Assembly (NCBI GenBank): GCA_963770565.1 | Contig: CAVYQE010000011.1 | Coordinates: 192,001 to 256,000 of the forward strand | Source of the DNA: an uncultured Actinomycetota bacterium | GTDB taxonomy: Bacteria; Actinomycetota; Actinomycetes; JAFAQI01 | Direction: 5' to 3' | DNA length: 64,000 nucleotides | Program-made: the position numbers and the translations under genes | Notes under the pieces: model-generated | What the model was told of the DNA's origin: nothing | What the model saw: the letters and a program-made list of their open reading frames with translations, nothing else | Database searches by the model: none | Part shown: in pieces, positions 15,955 to 26,478 of the stretch | Position numbering within the stretch: position 1 is the first letter of the stretch | Layout: each line of letters starts with the position of its first letter

Positions 15955-17913
15955 ATGAAGGTACGTCGGGTCGCCGCCGCCCTTGTGGTCACGCTGGCGG
16001 CGGCGGGATGCATGCACTCCGCGGGCGCAGACGTCGGCGGTCGGGCGGCAACCGCAACGACGGTCGCCCAGTCGGCGCAGAACCTCGAGCAGACGTTCGC
16101 GCGCGCCGGGATTGCCACGGTCGCGGACGAGACGTCCGCTAAGCCGCTGGTCCCGGTATCCGGGATCCAGGTGCTCACCTTGACCCGCTGGCAAGTCGAG
16201 AACATCGGCGCCGAAGCGGCCGACCAGGGCGGAATCCTCGGCTCGGACCTGGACACGATGCTGCGGATGCCGGCTACCTCGCCGCAACTTGCCGACATCG
16301 TCGGTGGGTGGGTGGTCGCGAAGGCCGATCCGATCGCCGCGGCCGCCGCTCCGTTGCTCGGCAGCCCTGACTGGACTCACCCCGAGCAGGTCATCCTGCC
16401 GACCGCCGTGACGACGTTGTTCGCCGCGGACCTGCTGCAGCATGTCGCCCTGCCCGGTGGGACCGAGTCCGCGACGCCGTCGGCATCGGGCGCCGACTCC
16501 AGCTACCGGACTGCCGGCGGACCTGGGACCGGCGCGCTGGTAGTGGAGGACGCGTCGATCGTGCGCTCGCCGTGTACGACGGTGGCCGGGTTCGTCGACC
16601 GCGTCCTCGACCAGGTGTTCGCGGTCCTGCACCTCGACCCGGCCGGCGTGGCCGCCTTTGTGAATGGCGCGCTCGGCGGCGGTCTCGTCGGGGCGATCCT
16701 CGGCGGGTTGGCCGCGTTTCTCGCGTCGTTCTGGAACGCCGCCGTCCACCTCGCCGAACAGGCGCTCAAGGCGGTGATCAGCCAGATCACGAAGCCGATC
16801 CTGCTGGCACTGGCCGACGCCATCGGCGGGGTTGCCCTGTTCACGATGCTCCGGTCGTACCTCAAGCAATGGGCGGCAACGGTCACGCCGACGCCGGCGT
16901 CGAACCAGTTCGCGATCGCACCGAAGTTCAACACCGGGCAGTTCACCGTGAGCATCGACCGCAACGCTGAGGTGTCGGACTGGCCACCGCAGCTGGTCGA
17001 CTGCGCGGAAGCGGTGCACGTGCCACTGCCGACCATCGCCACCACCGGGGCGCCGGTGCAGTGGACGGTCACCGGACAGGAACCGGGTTTGGTGACGATT
17101 GGCGCGGTCGACGGCGCCCTCGACACGAACCTGCGCCACCTCCTCGACTACCGCACCGGCAGCGAGAGCGCCCATGTCGCGAGCACCGGGATTGAGGTGC
17201 GGCCGACCGTGACCGCTTCCGTCCGAGTTCGCCGGCCGGAGATCGAGCAGCTTCGGAAGTTCGTGACGGCGTACCTCACTGCGCAGGTGCCGGACCTGGT
17301 CGCCCCCTACGTCAACCCGATCCTGGCGAGCTTCATCGAGGACGCGACGAAGTTCCTCGACACGATCACCGCGGTGGTCGGACAGCGCACGATCGTCGTT
17401 GCGCACCATGTCCCGAAGCCGGTTCCGGGATGTACGGCGCAGGGCAACGTGATCCCGGCCGGGAACTATGCGGGGCCGGTCCGCGCGAACCTTGCCATGG
17501 CCTTCGCCAGCGGCGTCCCGGCGAGGGGTGGTGGCACCTACGAGACCACCGGCTCGATCAGCCTGCACTCGGACGGCGCTCACGTGACCGGCGAGATCCA
17601 GCTGTCGGGAACCGGCGCCGCCCATGCGGGGTTGGCCCCCGTGATGGAGATGTTCGACCACAGCGTCGGAAACCTGCACGCCCGCATCACCGGCACCGCG
17701 AGCCAGCCGACCGTCGTCGGCAGGCTCGCCGGGCAGGACGAGGTGGTCGGGCATACCTCCCATCCGTTCCGGGCCGGTTTGCACGTCACGGAGGCCGACT
17801 GTGGGGCGGTCTCGGGTGACCTGATCGCGATGTGGGACGACATCATGCAGCCGGTCAGGAAGTACCTGACGCTTCGCGGCTCGGGCGACTGGACGATCCC
17901 CCGCACCAGCTGA
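15955..17913 (+). CDS. Large hypothetical lipoprotein
   Basis: MKVRR + hydrophobic stretch + LAAAGC lipobox; long ORF. Confidence 0.65.
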   Translation: MKVRRVAAALVVTLAAAGCMHSAGADVGGRAATATTVAQSAQNLEQTFARAGIATVADETSAKPLVPVSGIQVLTLTRWQVENIGAEAADQGGILGSDLDTMLRMPATSPQLADIVGGWVVAKADPIAAAAAPLLGSPDWTHPEQVILPTAVTTLFAADLLQHVALPGGTESATPSASGADSSYRTAGGPGTGALVVEDASIVRSPCTTVAGFVDRVLDQVFAVLHLDPAGVAAFVNGALGGGLVGAILGGLAAFLASFWNAAVHLAEQALKAVISQITKPILLALADAIGGVALFTMLRSYLKQWAATVTPTPASNQFAIAPKFNTGQFTVSIDRNAEVSDWPPQLVDCAEAVHVPLPTIATTGAPVQWTVTGQEPGLVTIGAVDGALDTNLRHLLDYRTGSESAHVASTGIEVRPTVTASVRVRRPEIEQLRKFVTAYLTAQVPDLVAPYVNPILASFIEDATKFLDTITAVVGQRTIVVAHHVPKPVPGCTAQGNVIPAGNYAGPVRANLAMAFASGVPARGGGTYETTGSISLHSDGAHVTGEIQLSGTGAAHAGLAPVMEMFDHSVGNLHARITGTASQPTVVGRLAGQDEVVGHTSHPFRAGLHVTEADCGAVSGDLIAMWDDIMQPVRKYLTLRGSGDWTIPRTS

Positions 17914-17933
17914 CGTGCGCCGTACCGGATCAG

Positions 17934-19547
17934 TTACTTACCGACCGGCGCAACGACCTCTTCGGCCGGTGGAGCCGGATGGGGTCCCCGGCTTCGGTCC
18001 GGCGGGCGGTCCGAAGCCAGGGCCGGGAGCGCGGCGAGCACGAGCAACGCCGCGCCCATAGCGCTGGCTGCGCCGACCGCCAGCGCTAGCTCGTTGCCGC
18101 TCATGAACGCGGCCCTCGCCGCATGCGCCAACTCGGCGCCCCGGGCACCTCCGACGGCGGCAGCCACGCCGAGGGCACCACCGAGCGAGCCGAAGATCGC
18201 GTGCGCGGCAGTTGTCGGCACCTGCTGGCCGGTAAGCGCCGTGGTCATGTGGTCTTGGTAGCGGGTAAGCATGACGCTGCCGAGCACGGCAACACCGAGT
18301 GCGCCACCGAGCTGAAGGGCGACGGTGTTGGTTGCCGACCCGATCCCGGAGTCGCCCTGCGGGATCGATCCGATGACCGTGTTCGTCGCAGTCGGCAGCA
18401 GCAGCCCGGCCCCCACGCCGATCAGCAACAGACCGGGGACCACGTCGGTGTAGGTGGTCGCGACCGTGGACGTCGCTGAGATCTGCCACAGGCCGCCGGC
18501 GATCGCGGCGAGGGCCGCGGCGACGCTGAGCTTGACCCCGATGACGCGAGCGAGCAGCGGGGACGCCGCGGCGCTCAGGACCAGCGCTCCGGCGATGGGC
18601 AGGATCCGCAGCCCGGCCCGCAACGGTGAGAGGTCAAGGTCGAACTGCAGGAACTGCGTTTGCATGAACAGTGCACCCATGAGGCCGAAGACTCCGAGGC
18701 ATTCGGCGACAAGTGCTACCGAGAACCCGCGGTTGTGAAAGAACGTCAGATCGAGCATGGGGTGGTCGCTGTGAGCCTCCCAGGCGGTGAATCCGCCGAG
18801 AACGACAAGGCTGGCCAACCCGGCGCCCACCACCGCCTCCGACGTCCAGCCCCTGGTCGGAGCCTCGATGATCGCCCAGAGCAGCAGACCCAGACCCGCC
18901 ACGGACAAGGCTGCCCCGAGCGGGTCGGAACGCTGTGTGTTCGGGTTTTTCGAGTCCGGCACCAGTACGAGTGCCCCAAGGAAGCCGAGCAGCGCGATCG
19001 GAACATTGACCAGAAAGATCGAGCCCCACCAGAACCGCGACAGCAGCAGGCCGCCGGCGATCGGGCCGATCGCGATGCCGAGCCCGATCGTCGCGGCCCA
19101 GGAGCCGATGGCGCGCGCCCGCTCGTTCGGCTCTCGAAAGATGTCGTTGATGATGGATAGCGACGCCGGGATGGTGAACGCGGCTCCGGCACCCATGACG
19201 GCCCGGCAGGCGATCAGTGGATTGACCGAACTCGACAGGGCCGCGCCGATCGATCCTGCGGCGAAGATGCTCAAGCCGATCAGGAAGAACCGCCTACGCC
19301 CGAACCGATCGGCCAGACCGCCGCCGACGAACAGCAGCCCCGCGAACGCCATCGCGTACGAGTCGACGATCCACTGCAGCTGGCTCGAGCTTGCCTGCAG
19401 ATCCCGCACCAGCGTGGGCAGCGCCACGTTGAGGATGGTGTTGTCCACGTTGATGATCAATGCCGAGACACACACCACTGCCAACGCCGCCGTGCGGCGC
19501 GAGTGTCGCACGCCCGGTGTCGCGCGCGTTGCCGGCAAGGGGCCCAT
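17934..19547 (-). CDS. MFS drug:H+ antiporter (DHA2, EmrB/QacA family)
   Basis: DNTILNVALP, LQWIVDSY, G.LADRFGRRR, WWGSIFLVNVP. Confidence 0.92.
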   Translation of the reverse strand: MGPLPATRATPGVRHSRRTAALAVVCVSALIINVDNTILNVALPTLVRDLQASSSQLQWIVDSYAMAFAGLLFVGGGLADRFGRRRFFLIGLSIFAAGSIGAALSSSVNPLIACRAVMGAGAAFTIPASLSIINDIFREPNERARAIGSWAATIGLGIAIGPIAGGLLLSRFWWGSIFLVNVPIALLGFLGALVLVPDSKNPNTQRSDPLGAALSVAGLGLLLWAIIEAPTRGWTSEAVVGAGLASLVVLGGFTAWEAHSDHPMLDLTFFHNRGFSVALVAECLGVFGLMGALFMQTQFLQFDLDLSPLRAGLRILPIAGALVLSAAASPLLARVIGVKLSVAAALAAIAGGLWQISATSTVATTYTDVVPGLLLIGVGAGLLLPTATNTVIGSIPQGDSGIGSATNTVALQLGGALGVAVLGSVMLTRYQDHMTTALTGQQVPTTAAHAIFGSLGGALGVAAAVGGARGAELAHAARAAFMSGNELALAVGAASAMGAALLVLAALPALASDRPPDRSRGPHPAPPAEEVVAPVGK

Positions 19548-19700
19548 TCACTCACTACATCGCAGTGGCCTCGACTCAGCCAGGGCCGTAGGTCACCTCG
19601 ATAGGCGAGGACAGGGACTGTAGAGATATTGGATTGGCCGGTATTGGTTGCGAGCGCCGCCAGGCTCGGTAGGCTTCCTCCACGCTCAGGGGGAGGTTCC

Positions 19701-22094
19701 ATGTCCGGCATCGCCAGAGGCCGTCGTACCGCACGTCTGCTTGCCATCCTCTCCGTGGCCGGCGCCACGGCGCTCGGCTCCGCCGGCGCGGCCCACGCTG
19801 CCGGCCCGGCGCTTCCGGCCGGCACCTACCTCGCCTGCCCGGACGTCACGACCCTGGCCTACTCCACGACGTACACCTGTGAGCCTTTGCTCACGGCGAT
19901 TTCGGATGCCGAGGCATGGAACCAGAGCTCGCGGGAGAACGCGACCATCGACTTGCTGCCGGGCCAGTACTGCCCGGTTCAGCTGCCCTACGACCCGTAT
20001 GCGCTGACGATCCAGGGCGTCGGCTTCGCCGGCGTGAAGAACCCCACGGACGTCACGGACTACACCGGCTTCGAGGCCGACCTCTCGGAGTTCGCCTGGA
20101 GCGACACCTGCACGGCGATCCCGAGCGACAGCTACTACCTGGAGAACCTGCCCAACCCTCAGGAACCGGACGAGATCTGGGGGGACCTCACCTTCGTCAA
20201 CTTCGCCGTCAACGGCACGGGGGCCGGGCCGGCCAACGGCATCTATGTCCTCAACGCCGATCTCACGGCACGTGACCTGCTGGTCGAGAACCTCTCCGAC
20301 GTCGGGCTTACCTTCACTGATCAGTTCGACTTCTACAGCGGCAACATCGAGAACAGTGCCTTCGTCAACAACGGTGTCGGCGCCAGCATCGGCGCCGGCG
20401 AGAGCCACGGCCTCTCGATCGACGACAGCACCTTCGCCGGAAACACCGAGACCGGCGTCCAGGGCGCCGGCTTCTTCGAACTCGGCAGCGACACGATCGC
20501 GCACAACTTCAACGGCTTCAGTGACAGCATCGATCAGCTCGCCACCTCGATCGTCGGCGATAACACGAACGCAAACTGTCCAGGTTCGGTCTCCGACGAT
20601 TTCGGCCTGAACGTCCTGGGCGGCGGCTGCACCCTCAAGACCACCGATCCTGATCAGGACATCCCCCTCACCTCGACGATCGGCTCGCTGTCGACCGGAG
20701 ATGCGATCACGCCGTCGATCCAACCGGTGTCGGAAGCGGCGATCGGGAGCGGTGAGTGCGGAGGCATCGAGGGGGTCGACCAGGAGGAGCAGATCGTCGA
20801 CACCAGCTCGTGCGACGCCGGATCCATACAGGCAGCCGGTACGACCGGGGACCCGACCCCGTCCGGCGACATCGACTTCGGCGCGGTCCCGACCAATGAC
20901 CCGCTGTCGCAGACCGAGCAGTTGTCCCCGGCCGGTGGCCTCGTCGGTGTTTCTGGAGTCTCCACGGCCGTCTCCAGCGGCTCAGGCAGCTTCGCGGTCA
21001 CGAACGACAGCTGCAGTTACTCGCTGGTCATGAACCATGCCTTCGGCCAGGGCGGGTGCAGCGTGAGCGTGCAGGCGACCAGCGCGGAGGACTCGGGCAC
21101 TACGACCGGCACCCTGACGTTCCACACCACTGACGGCGATGTGACCGTGAACCTGACGTCCACGGGCGCACCGGCGGTGGTGGCGGCGGGCGCTCCGACC
21201 GGTCTCTCGCCGACGGCCGGCAAGCGCCGGGTGACGCTGGACTGGACTGCCCCGACCGATGACGGCGGCGTCCCGCTGCAGTACTACGAGATTGACGGCT
21301 CCGCGAACGGTGGGAAGGACTGGCAGGTCGTGGACACCGACTACGACACCAGTGACACATCGGTCAGCGACACCATCTCCAACCTCACCAACGGCACGAC
21401 GTACGACTTCCGGATCCGGGCGGAGAACGGCGTCGTCGACGGCGCCTGGTCGAACACGGTCTCGGCAACCCCGCATGGACCGCAAGATCCCAGCGCGCTC
21501 AGCGCACCGCATGGATCGACGGTCTCGTACGGGAAGAGCGCGACCTTGTCCTCGAAGCTGACCGACAAGACGAGCCACGCGGCAATCGGCAGTGCCTCGG
21601 TCTCGCTGCTCAGCCGCAAAGGCACCAGCGGCACCTTCCACATGGTGAAGAAGCTCACGACGACCTCGGCCGGCCTCGCGAAGGCAGTGGTGCAGCCGTC
21701 GGTCAACACCCAGTACGAGTTCTCGTACGCCGCGACGTCTGCACACAGCGCTGTGACCAGCGGCATCGCGACCGTTGACGTCGCGCAAGTCGTGAAGGCG
21801 GCCTTGACCAAGACGACGATCGCGCACGGCGCGAAGGACTCCGTCTACGGCACCGTTCTGCCGGCCGCAAGCGGCGAGAAGGTTTCGCTGCAGGTCAAGG
21901 TGAACGGCAAGTGGAAGACGATCGGCAGCGCGAAGACAAAGAAGCAGAAGCTGCCGAGCGGCACGAAGGCGGTGGGCTACGTCATCAGCTACACACCGGG
22001 CAAGGCGGGCAAGGAAGCACTGCGAGTCGTGCGCGCCGCGGACGCCACCAATGCCGGGGGGACATCGAAGAAGTTGACGCTGAAAGTCACCTGA
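19701..22094 (+). CDS. Secreted protein with beta-helix-like region, Ig-like and fibronectin type III domains
   Basis: Signal peptide (AAHA-A); acidic N/G-rich repeats (STFAGN, TIAHN); FN3 WTAP..DGG...Y...L.NGTTYDFRIRAEN; Lys-rich C-terminus. Confidence 0.75.
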   Translation: MSGIARGRRTARLLAILSVAGATALGSAGAAHAAGPALPAGTYLACPDVTTLAYSTTYTCEPLLTAISDAEAWNQSSRENATIDLLPGQYCPVQLPYDPYALTIQGVGFAGVKNPTDVTDYTGFEADLSEFAWSDTCTAIPSDSYYLENLPNPQEPDEIWGDLTFVNFAVNGTGAGPANGIYVLNADLTARDLLVENLSDVGLTFTDQFDFYSGNIENSAFVNNGVGASIGAGESHGLSIDDSTFAGNTETGVQGAGFFELGSDTIAHNFNGFSDSIDQLATSIVGDNTNANCPGSVSDDFGLNVLGGGCTLKTTDPDQDIPLTSTIGSLSTGDAITPSIQPVSEAAIGSGECGGIEGVDQEEQIVDTSSCDAGSIQAAGTTGDPTPSGDIDFGAVPTNDPLSQTEQLSPAGGLVGVSGVSTAVSSGSGSFAVTNDSCSYSLVMNHAFGQGGCSVSVQATSAEDSGTTTGTLTFHTTDGDVTVNLTSTGAPAVVAAGAPTGLSPTAGKRRVTLDWTAPTDDGGVPLQYYEIDGSANGGKDWQVVDTDYDTSDTSVSDTISNLTNGTTYDFRIRAENGVVDGAWSNTVSATPHGPQDPSALSAPHGSTVSYGKSATLSSKLTDKTSHAAIGSASVSLLSRKGTSGTFHMVKKLTTTSAGLAKAVVQPSVNTQYEFSYAATSAHSAVTSGIATVDVAQVVKAALTKTTIAHGAKDSVYGTVLPAASGEKVSLQVKVNGKWKTIGSAKTKKQKLPSGTKAVGYVISYTPGKAGKEALRVVRAADATNAGGTSKKLTLKVT

Positions 22095-22179
22095 CCTGCA
22101 CGCAGACCTTCGTTCGCCAGAGCTTGCATTGGACTAAGGACTCTGGTCGGCGGCCTCCGTCCCGAGGCAGTCTGGAGGA

Positions 22180-24036
22180 GTGCAGATCGAGCGGCGGTTG
22201 ACGGTTCTGTTGGCGGCCGTGATCGTGCTCGCTACGGCTCCCTCGGGCGTTGCTGTCGCTGGGTCCGTGCATTGGCAGGACGCTGCATGGGGCATCGGCC
22301 GTGAGCAGGTGGCGACCGCCAATGTTGGCTTGCCATCGGTGGTCGCAGCCGCTGGCCATGCACTTGGAGAGGGCTTCGACGCAGCGCAGGCGCCGCCGAC
22401 GAGCACCATCCGTGCCTGGTCGGCGTCGCCGTACCGCGCGGTCAACATGTACTTCGCGGGTAGCCAGCGCTATCACACCGACCAATCGGAGCTGTCGTCG
22501 TCGTGGGTGACGACGGTTCTCGCCAACGGCTGGACGATCATCCCGACGGACGTCGACTTGCAGGCGCCGTGTGCAAGCACCACCAAGCAGAAGATGAGCA
22601 CCAGCCCAACGACCGCGCTTGCCCAAGGGTCGGCGGCCGCGTCACTCGCGATCGACGACCCGGATCCTTCGGCGACCAGCCTTACCCAACTCGGGCTGCC
22701 GACCGGAGTGCCGGCGTACATCGATATCGAGTCGTACTCGGTCCCTTCGGGGAACACGACCTGCGTGCCGGCGGTGCTGGCGTTCGTTCGCGGCTGGATC
22801 GACACGTTGCACGAAGCGGGTTATCTGGCCGGCCTTTACGCCACGCCGACGAGCGGCATCAAGGATGTCATTGCCGCCCACGAGGCGGACAACATGTACC
22901 CTGAGCCAGATGCGATCTGGTTCGCCCGATACGACGGCAATGACTCGGTCGACAACCCGAATATCCCGGCCGGCTACCTAGCGCATCACCGCATTCACCA
23001 GTACCAGAACAGCACCGCGTACACATTCGGCGGGCTGTCTCTGACGATCGACAAGGACGCGATGGATGGCGACGTCATCGCGGCGACATCGGTGACACTG
23101 CCGACCGGCCCGCCGTACGTCTACGCCGCCGCGGTGCCGGCAGGCCAGCAGCTGACCGAGCGCGCCGGGCCGTCGAACAGCACCGCCGCGACCGGTACGT
23201 ACAGCGACGCCGACCCGCTTGCGATCGAATGCCAGACGATCGCGCCTGACGGTGACCCCGCAGGAGTCGTTCACGGCGACGCCGTGTGGGATCGATTGAC
23301 CGACAACAACTACGTCAGCGACCTCTTCACGACCACCACTGGTGGCATTGGCTTCAGCGCGGGGATCCCACGCTGCGAGACCACGCCACCGGCAGTGACG
23401 GTGAAGCCGCTCGCCCGTGGCACGCTCGCGTCTGACGCGACGGTCGCCTACAGCGCGACGGACGCAACCGGCGTCGCGTACTACGACGTCAGTTGGCGCC
23501 GCGCCCGGTACGACGGCGGCTACGGTGCCTGGCATTACCCAGCCGCATGGCAGAAGACCGCCGCGGCGACCGAGGTGCGCGCGCTCGCGGTTGGCTACAC
23601 GTACTGCTTCAAGGTCCGCGCCTCCGACCGGCTCGGCAACCTCAGCACCTGGTCGGCGGCCGCCTGCACCGCCCGAGCCCTCGATGACCGGGCGGTGACG
23701 GTCGGCTCGCGCTGGCGGCGGAAGACCGGCCACTCCTTCTACCTCGGCACGATCACCACGACGACCATCCATGGCGCGACCGCCACCCGGCACGACGCGC
23801 AAGTACGCGACGTCGGCTTGGTCGTGACGCGATGCGCGACGTGCGGCAGGGTCCGGGTGTCGATCGCAGGAATTCTCCTCGCAAATGTCGACCTTCACTC
23901 CGACGTCCGTCATCGGCGCAGCGTCGTGATGCTCCCGTCGCTACCGGACCTTCTGACCGGGAAGGTGGTCATCGAGGTGACCTCGCCCACCGGCCGGACC
24001 TTACAGCTTGACGGCCTCATCCTGTCCCGCGCCTGA
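22180..24036 (+). CDS. DUF1906 (Rv2525c-like) glycoside hydrolase with SH3-like and FN3-like domains
   Basis: GFDA..AP....AW..SPYRAV..YF.G, YIDIE, IWFARY, RIHQY; IECQT...WDRL...YVSD SH3b-like; YCFKVRA.D..GN.S. Confidence 0.8.
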   Translation: MQIERRLTVLLAAVIVLATAPSGVAVAGSVHWQDAAWGIGREQVATANVGLPSVVAAAGHALGEGFDAAQAPPTSTIRAWSASPYRAVNMYFAGSQRYHTDQSELSSSWVTTVLANGWTIIPTDVDLQAPCASTTKQKMSTSPTTALAQGSAAASLAIDDPDPSATSLTQLGLPTGVPAYIDIESYSVPSGNTTCVPAVLAFVRGWIDTLHEAGYLAGLYATPTSGIKDVIAAHEADNMYPEPDAIWFARYDGNDSVDNPNIPAGYLAHHRIHQYQNSTAYTFGGLSLTIDKDAMDGDVIAATSVTLPTGPPYVYAAAVPAGQQLTERAGPSNSTAATGTYSDADPLAIECQTIAPDGDPAGVVHGDAVWDRLTDNNYVSDLFTTTTGGIGFSAGIPRCETTPPAVTVKPLARGTLASDATVAYSATDATGVAYYDVSWRRARYDGGYGAWHYPAAWQKTAAATEVRALAVGYTYCFKVRASDRLGNLSTWSAAACTARALDDRAVTVGSRWRRKTGHSFYLGTITTTTIHGATATRHDAQVRDVGLVVTRCATCGRVRVSIAGILLANVDLHSDVRHRRSVVMLPSLPDLLTGKVVIEVTSPTGRTLQLDGLILSRA

Positions 24037-24095
24037 CACCGCTGTCCCGACCCGACCCAGGTGCATCAGGGTGCGACCGGATCAAGGATTCGGTG

Positions 24096-24470
24096 TCACC
24101 CCGCCACCGTGGCGGCGTCCGATTCGTTCGAACCGGCCGGGCGGGTGACGAAGTGCGCGTTTGGCCCGGCCCCCAGCGAGAACCCTTCCGGGGGGCCGGC
24201 CTCGACGTCGAGGATGAGCCGGTCACATCGCCAGGCTGCATGCAGCCTGGCATCGATATAGAACATGCACCCGTCGATCTCGCCCAGGAGATCGTCTCCG
24301 TCGCCGACGAGAAACTCCCCGGCGGGGAAGCACATGGGGACGCTGCCTGCACAGCACCCGCCCGACTGGACGAACATCACCGGTCCGCCGTGGGCGGCGC
24401 GCAGGGCTTCGATCGCCTTGCGCGCCGCCGGCGTCGCGGTGACTCCGGAGTGCGCGGCCCCGTCGATCAT
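24096..24470 (-). CDS. DUF779 domain protein
   Basis: HGGPVMFVQSGGCCAGSVPMC...FSL; typical partner downstream of ExaC-type ALDH. Confidence 0.85.
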   Translation of the reverse strand: MIDGAAHSGVTATPAARKAIEALRAAHGGPVMFVQSGGCCAGSVPMCFPAGEFLVGDGDDLLGEIDGCMFYIDARLHAAWRCDRLILDVEAGPPEGFSLGAGPNAHFVTRPAGSNESDAATVAG

Positions 24471-24475
24471 TGCGG

Positions 24476-25996
24476 TCAGAACAAACCGAGCGGCTTCGTG
24501 CTGTAGCTCACCAGCAGGTTCTTGGTCTGGCTGTAGTGATCGAGCATCATGCGGTGGTTCTCCCGGCCGATGCCCGAGATCTTGTAACCACCGAATGCTG
24601 CGCCCGCCGGGTACTCGTGGTAGCAGTTGGTCCACACCCGCCCGGCTTTGATGGCACGGCCCATGCGGTATGCACGGGTGCCATCCCGGGTCCACACGCC
24701 GGCGCCAAGGCCGTAGAGGGTGTCGTTCGCGATCTCGAGCGCCTCCTGGTCGTTGGCGAAAGTGGTGACCGCGAGCACGGGTCCGAAGATCTCCTCCTGG
24801 AACACCCGCATCCGGTTGTCACCCTTGAGAACCGTGGGCTCAAAGTAGTAGCCCTCGGAGAACTCGCCGCCGATCTTGGCACGGCTTCCGCCGATCAGGA
24901 CCTCGGCCCCCTCGTTGCGCCCGATCTCGACGTACGAGGCGATCTTCTCCAGCTGCTGCTTCGAAACCTGGGCTCCGACCTGGGTCGCGAGGTCAAGCGG
25001 GTTGCCCTGCTTGATCGCGGCGATCCGCTCCAACGCGCGAGCCATGAACTCGGGGTAGATGTCCTGGTGGATCAGTGCACGCGACGGGCAGGTGCAGACC
25101 TCTCCCTTGTTGAAGGCGTAGAGCACGAGACCTTCAACGGCCTTGGACAGGTACTCGTCATCGTGGTCCATCACGTCACTGAAGAAGATGTTCGGCGACT
25201 TGCCGCCGAGTTCGACCGTCGACGGGATGAGGTTCTGTGCGGCGTACTGCATGATCAGGCGGCCGGTGACAGTCTCACCGGTAAAGCCGATCTTGGCGAT
25301 CCGCGGGTTGGCCGCGAGCGCCTTGCCGATCTCCGCACCAGGTCCGTTGACCACGTTGATGACGCCCTCGGGAAGGACGTCCTGGATGACCTCCATCAGC
25401 TTGAGGATCGACCACGGCGTCGGCGAGGCAGGCTTCATCACCGAGCAGTTGCCGGCCGCGAGGGCTGGTGCCAGCTTCCAGGCCGCCATCAACAACGGGA
25501 AGTTGAAGGGAATGATCTGACCGACCACGCCGAGTGGCTCCCGGAAGTGGTAAGCAACCAGGTCCTTGTTGATCTCGGTCGTGCGTCCCTCTTCGGCTCG
25601 AGCTGCGCTGGCGAAGTAACGGAAGTGGTCGACCACGAGCGGGATGTCGGCGTTGAGGGTCTCGCGGACCGGCTTGCCGTTCTCCCAGCTCTCAGCGACC
25701 GCCAGCACCTCGCTGTTGGCCTCGATCGCGTCCGCGATCGCGTTCAGGACGGCGGCGCGCTCGGTCTCCGACCGCTCACCCCATGCGTCCTTGGCGCTGT
25801 GCGCCGCGTCGAGCGCGAGTTCGATGTCCTCGGGGGTCGAGTCGGGCACCTCAGTGATCGGCTGGGCCGTGGCCGGAGTGAGATTCGTGCGGTACTTGCC
25901 GTGGGTGGGAGCGATCCATTTCCCGCCGATGAAGTTCTCGTATCGCGGCTCGACGCTTACCTTACTGTCGGGTCGGCCTGGTGGAATGTAGCTCAT
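24476..25996 (-). CDS. NAD-dependent aldehyde dehydrogenase (ExaC/AldB type)
   Basis: IIPFNFP, FTGET, ELGGKSP, GEVCTC, EEIFGP, FGGYK.SG.GRE; ATG 25996 after GGAGGAG. Confidence 0.93.
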   Translation of the reverse strand: MSYIPPGRPDSKVSVEPRYENFIGGKWIAPTHGKYRTNLTPATAQPITEVPDSTPEDIELALDAAHSAKDAWGERSETERAAVLNAIADAIEANSEVLAVAESWENGKPVRETLNADIPLVVDHFRYFASAARAEEGRTTEINKDLVAYHFREPLGVVGQIIPFNFPLLMAAWKLAPALAAGNCSVMKPASPTPWSILKLMEVIQDVLPEGVINVVNGPGAEIGKALAANPRIAKIGFTGETVTGRLIMQYAAQNLIPSTVELGGKSPNIFFSDVMDHDDEYLSKAVEGLVLYAFNKGEVCTCPSRALIHQDIYPEFMARALERIAAIKQGNPLDLATQVGAQVSKQQLEKIASYVEIGRNEGAEVLIGGSRAKIGGEFSEGYYFEPTVLKGDNRMRVFQEEIFGPVLAVTTFANDQEALEIANDTLYGLGAGVWTRDGTRAYRMGRAIKAGRVWTNCYHEYPAGAAFGGYKISGIGRENHRMMLDHYSQTKNLLVSYSTKPLGLF

Positions 25997-26119
25997 GGTC
26001 TCCTCCTGAGACGGCCGGTGTTTGTACTCTCGACCGAACCCCTCTAAGGCCCGGTATGTAAGAGGAGAAAGTCCCAGTGAGGTAGGGGCCATCGGCAGAC
26101 CTGCCTGGTGAGGCTCGTT

Positions 26120-26316
26120 GCCGGCCGCTGACATCTCCCTCACGAACCGGGAGTGTCACGAGAGCCAACACCGCCTGATACCGCTGCTCAGCCACGCTCA
26201 TCTCCCTCATACCAAGGGAGTGTCAAGAATCAGCCGAAGTAGCTGTCAACCATCAGCCGAACCCCCGTAAAGCATCAACCGAAGGCCGAACGTCAAGCGT
26301 CAGGCGAACTTTCACA
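26120..26316 (-). mobile_element. IS481-family left-end remnant
   Basis: Starts TGT at 26316; four copies of ~TGTCAAGCATCAGCCGAA (26221, 26244, 26266, 26291 on +); truncated MREMSVAEQRYQAVLA transposase N-terminus from 26210. Confidence 0.8.
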
Positions 26317-26325
26317 TCAAGCGAG

Positions 26326-26398
26326 TGCGCCGCCAGGGACTCGAACCCCGAACCCGCGGATTAAGAGTCCGCTGCTCTGCCAGTTGAGCTAGCGGCGC
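26326..26398 (-). tRNA. tRNA-Lys(CTT)
   Basis: GCGCCGCTAGCTCAACTGGCAGAGCA-GCGGA CT CTT AA TCCGC-GGTTCGAGTCC-GCGGCGCA; no encoded CCA. Confidence 0.95.
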
Positions 26399-26478
26399 GT
26401 GCCGACAAGATTAGCAGCGGTCCGCCGGCGGGTGGGACGGCCATTGACCCCGACGGGTTGGCCGACCAGGATTGCCCG

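Noticed and set aside
25997-26143. 49-aa N-terminal extension of the ALDH in the ORF track
   Set aside because: A strong RBS precedes ATG 25996; the upstream start belongs to the IS remnant.
26221-26308. Mini CRISPR array
   Set aside because: Repeats are degenerate with only 4-7 bp between them; they fit IS481 subterminal repeats; no cas genes.
12700-26325. Integrative island bounded by tRNA-Lys att sites
   Set aside because: No integrase and no convincing duplication of the tRNA 3' end was found by eye.
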